Source: Octopus sinensis
Taxonomy: Eukaryota
NCBI RefSeq assembly: GCF_006345805.1
Contig: NC_043009.1
Location: forward strand, 15,996,001 to 16,060,000
Reading direction: 5' to 3'
Length of the DNA: 64,000 bases
Of the stretch, positions 54,995 through 64,000 are shown in pieces. The notes under the pieces were generated by a model that ran no database searches, was not told the origin of the DNA, and worked only from the letters and a program-made list of their open reading frames with translations. Each line of letters starts with the position of its first letter. The first letter of the stretch is position 1. The position numbers were made by a program, and so were the translations under genes.

Positions 54995-54999
<5 letters not shown>
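54135..54999 (+). mobile_element. Internally deleted Tc1/mariner-superfamily transposon with long TIRs
   Basis: TA-flanked; TIRs 54135-54272 and 54861-54999; transposase remnants DKPRSGRP, KLYPYRLQVVQ, IWFSDES, VNRHICRIWG. Confidence 0.85.
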
Positions 55000-55048
<49 letters not shown>

Positions 55049-55134
55049 TGTGTGTATATATATATGTATGTATGTATATATATATATATGTATATATATG
55101 TATGTATATGTATATATATACATATGTTAGGTCA

Positions 55135-55670
55135 CTTTCGAGTGCTACTGGTAGCATGTAACCCAGTACAATCTGTTGCATGGTCGGGTCGTCGGCGACT
55201 AAACCGGCAACCCCACCAAGCTTGCTTGGTGAGGAGGGTGTTTATCGGACACCCTGCGGGATGAAAAACAAACCCCGTCAAAGGACGGAGGAACTCTTGA
55301 GAGTCAACGACCATCAAATAAATGCCTTAAGACTGTATCATGCGCGGGGACATAGAAATAATCGGACTGAATACCCGATCGCGCGGTTAAGCCATTGGGA
55401 GTGAATGACTCCTAGCCTTTGTTAGGGCATCCTTCTAGGAGAAGGTAACTCAGGTAACTGGGATAACGCCGACATAAAACCTGCGGCTCAGTGGTTACCG
55501 ATGATCTTCACTTGTTCTTCTTTTCGGAATATGGCTGCTGTTGCTTAGTGAGTGGGATTGACTCTGTGCACAGCCTTTCCTCGCTTAAAAAAATCTTCTG
55601 CACAGGCATTGCACGACAACAACATTGATTAAGCTTCGTGCAATGGCCATACTCGATAACGAGGGGGCAG
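55135..55670 (+). mobile_element. Probable non-autonomous retroelement resembling an RTE 5' UTR
   Basis: GC-richer island between (TA)n tracts with motifs such as TAAACCGGCAACCCC and CCTTCTAGGAGAAGG recalled from RTE 5' regions; no ORF support. Confidence 0.3.
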
Positions 55671-56199
55671 CCACCATATATATATGTATGTACGTATGGA
55701 TATATGTAACAGCTGTTGCTATGTTGAATTCGGGAAATATCGGGAATTTGCTCTGCGTAAGGATATATACATATAAAACAGGAGTAAGACGAGAAACATT
55801 TTAGGGTATGAAGGAGATAAAGGAAAGAAATAGAATATGAAGTTCGATAATTGAAATACGATTTTGTATCTGTCTGGTTGTTTATTTATTTATGTCTGCG
55901 TGTACTTGCAAGTGTTTGATAGTTGTGTCTGCGAATATGTATCTATGTTTTCGTTCTGAATATTTCTGGATTTCTTGCGAATAGAGAAAGAGTCGGTTTC
56001 TAACTTAAATTTAAAGTACATTCATTAGAATCTTGAGGACCAATAAGTTATTTGTGCCGGTTTGTGGGTATACATTTAGATACAGTTCATGTCTAGGATG
56101 TTTGGTTTGTTTTATGAAGGTATTCTTATCGACATCATACTCATATATACGTAAATGATTAATTTTGGAGTTTTACAAATTTTGAGTTATCTTATTTAT

Positions 56200-56690
56200 G
56201 GTTTCTAATTGTCTTTCTCCTTTCTGGTTTTCGGAAGCCTAGTTTCTTATATATTGGTGCTTAGGGAATTTGTTACATATCTTATAGCTCCTTTAATTAC
56301 TGATATATATCTGAACTCGTTATCCTGGTAGAGTAGCAGTAAATTTCTCATTAGTTCAAGCGAAGGTATTTTCCTTTTCGCTGATCCTTTATCTTCACTT
56401 TGACATCCGATCTCCTCTACTGTCCACAATTTCTCTTCTTTGTCCTTAGTTACTATGCCTGGACTATTATGTTTGCATTTTATTGAGGTTTGCGCTAGGA
56501 CAATTTCTACCGACCACAGAGCATTTCGCTTAAGCTCCATCTCTTCGGTCGAGATTTTCCTCCAAGGGGATTCTTTCTCCTTCATCACTTTCTGTTGGTG
56601 AAAGGTATAGTGATTTGTTAGGTTACAAGCAATACACATCGTCCCATGGGTGCTACTCTTCCGTAAATCATGCATATTTTTTTCTGATTT
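56200..56690 (-). mobile_element. Old degenerate RLE-type (R4-like) LINE 3' region
   Basis: ORF 56247-56675 LWSVEIVLAQTSIKCKHNSPGIVTKDKEEKLWTVEEIGCQ...LMRNLLLLYQDNEFRYISVIKGAIRYV aligns by eye with the ILWD..I..NRPDIV..D...IDVS.P...PIIVGALG layout of the Dong copies. Confidence 0.65.
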
Positions 56691-56879
56691 TTAAAACTCA
56701 GTGGGACTTTGTTGTTTCGGTCGTGTTTCGGTTAAGTTTGTAGACGAAGTATATCAACAGGCTTTAACCTACCAGAATGAGTATTCATTAAATTGTACTA
56801 AATAGCCCCCCCCCTCCAATTTCCTTCACAGCATTTAATACTGTACTGTTGGTCTTTTGCTTCCTTTATATGATAATAT

Positions 56880-57250
56880 TCTCTTCTTTACTCTTTTACT
56901 TGTTTCAGTCATTTGACTGCAGCCATGCTGGAGCACCGCCTTTAGTCGACCAAATCGACCCCGGGACTTATTCTTTGTAAGCCCAGTACTTATTCTATCG
57001 GTCTCTTTTGCCGAACTGCTAAGTGACGGGGATGTAAACACACCAGCATCGGTTGTCAAGCAATGCTAGGGGGACAAAAACAGACACACAAACACACACA
57101 CACATAGATATATATACACATATATACGACAGGCTTCTTTCAGTTTCCGTCTACCAAATCCACTCACAAGGCATTGGTCGGCCCGGGGCTATAGCAGAAG
57201 ACACTTGCCCAAGGTGCCACGCTACTTACCACACAGCCACTCCTGCGCCT
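56880..57250 (-). mobile_element. SINE family A
   Basis: Reverse complement of the family A consensus with a small internal deletion. Confidence 0.88.
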
Positions 57251-57844
57251 CTCTGTCTTCGGGAGAATACTTTCGAGCCATTGTTTTTACTGAAAAAATT
57301 ATATCAACGGCATATTTCACTTATACATAACGCAGAACACTACTAAAATGATCGAGAATGTTGTACCTGCTACTTTTCTTAGTTGTAATAGTGGGGCAGG
57401 GTCACATCACTTAGCCTGCAATGCTGTTTGACTAGCAGGCGATACAATATCTGTTCGAGGCGTACTAACTCTTCTCCTTATCTTGTATCTTGAGGTCAAT
57501 CCTTAACTCTTCCTCATCATTATCTTTGTCTCTTTCCAATTCCACCCCGACCGTTCCATCATTTCTTCTATAATGTAATAAGCGTGTGGCTGCTTGACAG
57601 CAATAATCTGTTGTGCTATGGTAATTTATATCACACTTAAAACCCGTCATAACCCCTCATAAAGTCACCCACACTGACTAATCTATTGTAGCCCTTACTA
57701 TAACAAAGGGCATCCTAGACTTGCAAGCAAAATGTGCCACAAAATTTCCACTCATGCTGTACACGTTGTAAAGTATTTCGTGATAAGAAGGGCATCCAGC
57801 TGTAGAAATCATGTCAAAGATGTATGTGTGTGTGTGCGTCTGCG

Positions 57845-57877
<33 letters not shown>

Positions 57878-58469
57878 CTATATCTATACATATATGTATA
57901 TATTTACATATATATAATGGTCTTTCGCTAATACTGTTTTGTCTTATGTATCAATATCTTTTGCATATACACACATATGTTTGTGTGCTATTTCTTTTTG
58001 CTTAAGTGTTTAATTTGATCTATCTTTTAGGAGAGAAATTAATGAAAATCATTTCTTACTGAATGTACAAGATTGTTAGCAAAAATGCATGAAGACATCA
58101 GCAATCTGATGCATTAATGTGATTCTTTACGTATCTTTTGATCTCATATTACTTTGCTGATGCATTAACAATACAACTAAACTAAATTGGGTCTTAGCAA
58201 TCGTGCCAATCAAATGACACAAAATTTTAACAACAATTTTTACGAGGACCGTTTATAGCATAAAAGGCTGAATACTGGATAATGTGTCATCGTTTCAACG
58301 ACACCGGAGAAATTATCGTTGATCCAGACACATTAAAACCAACGTGATATATTAATTTACAATGGTGTATTTGGAACACTATTGAGCTAAGACACTGTTT
58401 CTAAATTTACCACAGGCGTTCTAAATTGTACTTGAAAAGGATAAGTTCCTTTGATATTGGTCTCAAATT

Positions 58470-58640
58470 TTGGCGCAAGGCCAGTAATTTCGTGAGATTG
58501 GGTAAGGATGAAAGGATGAAAAACAAAGTCGACCTCTGTAGAATTTGAACTCAGAACGTAAAGACGGACGAAATGCTTCTAAGCATTTTGCTCATCTTTA
58601 CGTTCTGAGCGGCATCGATTCTGTCAGCTCACTGCTTTTG
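58470..58640 (-). mobile_element. Degenerate SINE family C
   Basis: AAAGTCGACCTC...ATTTGAACTCAGAACGTAAAGACGGACGAAATGC matches the reverse complement of the family C head. Confidence 0.7.
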
Positions 58641-59268
58641 TCATGGTTTTCATAATGATGTTAAGGAGGCGACATGGTATTCAAGCTTAGATTTGTATTG
58701 ATCTTAGTTTATGATTCTCTGCTGTTCGCATGATGTTAGGAATGTTGTGAAATGTTACCACAAAAGTTATTTTCAATATAGGTACACTAAACTGGAACAT
58801 AAATGAATCTCGATCAGTATCTCATTTTTCTCATTCCAAATTCCGCGGGGTTTATTTTTCTAAAACCAATAATAGTGTTCACTGGATTTATTTGTCATTA
58901 ATCAATAGCCTACAAAAGAAAGCAACAATGTAAATCGTGTAAATAAAATTCTAGTTTACCATGTTTGTGTTAACAAAGTTTAATCGATTTGATTATATAT
59001 TTCTGTTCGGTAATTTTATTGGGTTCGCCTCCTCAATGTTTATCAACTTTGAAATCTTTATGACAAATAGAATTTCTCTTAAAAGGATTGGCTGTCGGTG
59101 TTTGTTTGTCTTCATAGCATCTGTACATTTGTAAATTATTTTATTTTAGCACAAAGTAGTTATCTTTCTGCTAGTAAAGTTTAATGTACCGTGTTAGGCT
59201 GAGACAGCTTGCAGAGGGTGAATACAACTTATTGCGCATTGATTTGCTATAAACTCTTAACAGAAAAA

Positions 59269-59305
<37 letters not shown>

Positions 59306-59325
59306 GTGATTATTATTATTATTAC

Positions 59326-59368
<43 letters not shown>

Positions 59369-59371
59369 TAA

Positions 59372-59531
59372 GGCGGCGAACTGGCAGAATCATTAGCACG
59401 CCGGGCAAAATACTTAGCGGCATTTTGTTCGTCCTAAAGTTCTGAGTTCAAATTCCACCGAGGTCGACTTTGCTTTCATCCTTTCGGGGTCGATAAATTA
59501 AGTATCAGCTCATTAGTCGGTTCGATGTAAG
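59372..59531 (+). mobile_element. 3'-truncated SINE family C following a (GAT)n-(TAT)n tract
   Basis: GGCGGCGAACTGGCAGAATCATTAGCACGCCGGGC...GAGTTCAAATTCC. Confidence 0.85.
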
Positions 59532-60197
59532 CTCATTAGTAAGCTCATAAGTATCAGCTCATTAGTCGGTTCGATGTAAGAATAATCAGATTATAGTCCA
59601 ATGTTGATTAGTCTTTCGCGTAAAAAAGGCCGCCACAGTTATCTATCAGTAGTTGACAATTTGAGAACAATATCACCGTTGGTTACATATATTTTTATCT
59701 ATATGATAATCTCCTTGTTCGTTCACCTATTATACATTAGTTAGTTAGGGAGGTGGAGGTGGAGTGAGTGAGAAGTGGAGTAAGACTGAGAGAGTTGGAA
59801 AAGTGAAGAACAAAAAGAGGAAGAAGAAGAGAGGGGAGATTAATGTTATCACACTTAGGCCAACTGGTCACGAGTTCAGCTGAAGGTAGAGGCGAAGAAT
59901 GAGTGAAAAAGACGACGAGAGAAAACGAGGGAGAGAGAAGTGTTAACGTCGTACTGTGGGGTGGGGGAAAATAATTATTACGTGATTAAAAAGTTAGCTG
60001 AAGGATAAGGTAGACAGAGATAGATAGACAGGGGAGGCAGTTATATATAGAGAGAGGGGTAGCTAGATAGCGGTGGTGGTCGTGGTGGTGTGTTGATAGA
60101 CACAATGTTTTGTTATTGAGCTAATTCTTTTATAGCGACCATCGCATACGTGTAAGTGCAATTATTTATCGTCTGCTCGCTGAAAAAAAAATGGGAA

Positions 60198-60432
60198 CTT
60201 TTCGGTTTGAACGGCAGTTTTTACTAGTATCGATCTATTGCATTTCAATCTGTTTTATACTTAGGGTTAGGGTTAGGGTTGAGGGAAGGGTATCTTTTTT
60301 CTTCAGAAATGTAAATAAGCCCAATCTGTTTCTTAAACGAGGGACATATTCATACGGCACAGAATGTTTTTTAACTCAAAGTGTTTAGTTACGAGGAAAT
60401 TATTTTAAAAAACTGCCTTTCAAACCGAAAAG
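60198..60432. mobile_element. Non-autonomous DNA element with a 25-bp inverted repeat and internal (TTAGGG)3
   Basis: CTTTTCGGTTTGAACGGCAGTTTTT (60198-60222) versus AAAAACTGCCTTTCAAACCGAAAAG (60408-60432), 24/25 match; TTAGGG x3 at 60261-60278. Confidence 0.8.
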
Positions 60433-61424
60433 ATTTTAAAAAATGATATAGTTGCAGGGTTTCCGAGAAATGATACACAGATGTAGACCGCGGATCAGAG
60501 AAGAACGGCGAGAAAATATAATAAAACCGTCAAAAATATTTAAAGAAAGCTAAACTATGACTGCTATAAAAATGTAAATCATCCTTTCTTTCTTAAATAG
60601 GGTCTCTTAATTTCATTGATTCCGTGGAATTTACACGGGTCCTACTAGCAGATTAAATATTGGTGTACTGAATTTGTGACGACGTATGTGACAGGGTAAT
60701 GTCTTTGCCTTACTGAACTTTGTTGAAAAGAAACTGGGTTACAGATTCGGTTTTCACTGATGTTTACAATTTTCGACGATTTTCTGTGAAACATACAAGA
60801 ATACATATATCAACAGCCCTGACAAAATTGTGTTTGTTGGTGCTAATCGCCGAAAACTACTAGCCCATATCAGAAACTTCCATATCAATAGTGAAGTAGA
60901 TCGCCTCCAATTAGAACAAAAACAAAGCATCCCAGGGGAAGCATCAGCCGAAATAGTATTTTAATGTTGCATCATATCCTTTTAACTATATCTTCAAACT
61001 ATTGAATGTCCAGCCATGTATCAAGTCTGTATAAATGAGGCCGACACAATGATAGTTAGAAAGAAGCTTCTCACTTTTTGATGATGAGGAATACGCACCC
61101 ATGGAACATCTACATCTTTGCTGTAATAGATCATAAGAAGAAAAGCTGTATACTTATCAATATAAGATTACGCATGATATATTTGCATATATATATCCCA
61201 GAAGCTTCAAAATGACAGTCACATTGCTAAGAGTAGTAGTCTATATTAGATTAACAACAGGAATATTTGCTCTCATTTCGAAGTGTATGCTTTTTCAATA
61301 CAACAGCAGTAAATTACAAGAAATACCCGGTACACATAGAAGATAGGATACAGTTAAAGCAAAGCCCCTTAGTGCTTATTTCGTGCAACTGACGTACAAC
61401 CCCATACATACATGCAGAAATTAC

Positions 61425-61495
<71 letters not shown>

Positions 61496-61528
61496 GTGTG
61501 CGTGCGTATGTGTGTGTGCATGTGTGTA

Positions 61529-61597
<69 letters not shown>

Positions 61598-64000
61598 AAT
61601 GTGTAGGTGTGTATGAGTGCGTGCATACCAGTATTTGTGTCAGTATGTTTGTATGTATATATGCTTGTATCTTCATACCGTATGGTCTATACAGATTTAT
61701 TATTTCATTACAATTTTTCTTGTCTGGGTTTTCGTTTTATTTCCGTATATTACATTCGTTTTGTACACAATTCTGACATATCAAGATATCAAGTAAACAT
61801 ATTTTGCTTTTTTTTTTTAACTCACTGATAATATAATGCAGCTGATATTAGCTTTATCATGATCGATTTGGCGTTAAATTCAATTAAAATTTGCGATTTA
61901 TTTAAGTAGATGGGATTTATATTTAATTTCCATTCTCTTATCATCCGAAACAGCCATTGAAATAATGATGACACCCACTAAACCTGTTCAGCGTATAATG
62001 GCTCTCAAATTCGTAATATCCAGTCACTTACGACACTCAGAAGTGTCTCTCTGATCGTTCGACATGACAAGCATAGCAACAAAGTCATTTGCATTCCCGC
62101 CCCATTGTCTTTTAGTAATGGTTAGTGAAATCTAGATTCACATACACCTGAAAATATGAGGTGACTACCAGCCATATGACATTCATTTGTACGTTTGTTC
62201 GTTTATGGGTGCTCTGCGGTTAGATAATAACAACAAAAGCAACAACATCGACAACAATAACAACAATAGCAGCAATGGTGAAGCCAACAACAATAGCAAC
62301 ATGAACAATGAAAACAAAGCCTGTTATATCGAATCTGTGACCATTCATTTGTTCAATAGAAAAGTAGAAGACCATTGTGATTGGAAAACTATTTCCCCAA
62401 GTGTCAGAGGAAAAGGACAAATTTCGCAATTATGTTTCCCCATTTAATGGTTACTCCAACCGTTTCATGTACCTAAAAGTTTCAGCTGCATAATAAACTG
62501 CAATTCAATCGAAATCAATAATGTTAACATCTCAAGTATTCTTCAATTTAATAAATAGACCTAAATTAAATAGTTTTAATATTATTTATCTTAGGCTGAG
62601 TTTGAACAAAGTTTGTCCCGTTTTATGAGTCACCTAATTGCATTTCACGCCATTGTGAAACCACGAATCTCTGAACGAATCTAATCAAGCTGCACTTGAT
62701 CTCCAAGCTACGGGTATTCTAAGTGTCAAATGATGAATGCTTGGAAAGTTTTGAAGTATCAAAAAGTTTTCTTTGAAAATGTAGTTAACTTTTGTTTCGT
62801 AGATTCACTTTGTTTCAACCCACGCAATATATTTATTAGCTTTCATGATAATTCACGACACATTTGGACATATATATTTTGCATATAAATATATTTTTTA
62901 AATATGCAATTGTTTGCAGTCGATGATATAGATTTTATTCGAATATCCTGTGAGAAGTCACGTTTGAAATATTTGAAAGTCACTAATGATATTTGTCAAA
63001 TTAGGTTATGAAAATGACATGAGTGCTGTTAAAATGAGTACAAGCACTTTTTTTAAATTTTAGAATATCAGAATTTAAAAGCCATTCAATCATTAATATT
63101 TATGTCACGATTGGTTTAGTTTCTTTAACTTTTGGAGAAATTCAAACTTTTCGTTGATTATTCGTTTGTTATTTTACTTGTTTCGACCATTAAATTGTGA
63201 CCGTGTAGGCCACCATCTTCGAGAGTTTTAGTTAGTTATTATCGACATTACTGTTTATGTTAAAATCCGGTATTTACTCAACCACTCTCTTTCTGGCTAG
63301 CTACTAAGGGTGTGTAAACAAATAAACACATGTTTCCAGGAAGTGAGAAACGAACACAAAGACGCATTTACACATGTACACATACGCTCGCTCGCAGGCA
63401 CATACACATATGTATGTATTCGATGCTTTTCTACAGAGTTCCAATCTATCATATTCACTAGCAGACCCTGCGTTGTCGTAGAAGTCCAAGGTGCCGTGCA
63501 GTAGAACTGAGCCTGAAATCAGTAATCAAACTTCTTAAATACACAAGCATACCAGCGCCTATCTTAAAGTTTTATCACCAAGCATAATTTTTCTTTAATT
63601 TTGTTATTTTGAAAAAAAAAATGTTTTACTGTTTTTGTATGTGTACAATATTATTAAAAACATTGATGCGTTTATGATAGTTGATAACATAACTCCACAA
63701 CAATTGATATAGACGTAAAAGCACAACGATATATTAAAGTACCAAATCCTAGAACAGAGGAAATTAAAATTATAGTATAGAAAGGCTAATAATGGCTCTC
63801 GTTGTTAGAAATTATTTATAGATATCAATTATTTATAAATAATTTGTATAAATGTTTTATTTTGATGGAAGATGTGTGATATTGTTTATCTGACAGTGAT
63901 TTGGCTGTTATTTTTATAGAAGCACTGTCATTGGTTCAGTTTTGACTTGCAAAATTGCTCTACTGTAATCAAAGTCAAGACAGTGTTTTTATGTTTTTCG

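Noticed and set aside
60715-60963. Protein-like + strand open frame (FCETYKNTYINSPDKIVFVGANRRKLL...) and an overlapping minus-strand splice-bounded candidate (60715-60784)
   Set aside because: The + frame lacks a start or acceptor, the two readings conflict, and neither has recognisable homology.

Overview
AT-rich, microsatellite-dense eukaryotic genomic DNA. The tRNA-derived SINE families match those I recognise from octopus genomes, so a coleoid cephalopod (probably Octopus) is inferred, not database-verified. No complete protein-coding gene could be identified; the window looks like intronic/intergenic sequence with a few candidate + strand exons. Repeats dominate: four SINE families (about 17 copies or fragments), two young R4/Dong-type RLE LINEs embedded in (TAA)n tracts plus one old relative, an RTE LINE 3' end, an L1/Tx1 endonuclease fragment, Penelope-like (GIY-YIG) remnants, two Tc1/mariner remnants, several MITEs, and a ~4.7 kb A/C-rich composite satellite. 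The most interesting signals are (1) a splice-site-bounded 88-nt open exon (975-1062) followed by a diverged inverted copy of itself across the donor site, an ADAR editing-complementary-sequence-like fold, itself tandemly duplicated; (2) six type-I hammerhead ribozyme motifs in non-coding Penelope-derived elements next to microsatellites, including a recurrent CUGUNGA core variant and one abutting the satellite; and (3) several fold-back/inverted duplications. Most ORFs in the supplied track are microsatellite artefacts. Element boundaries are approximate unless exact motifs are quoted.
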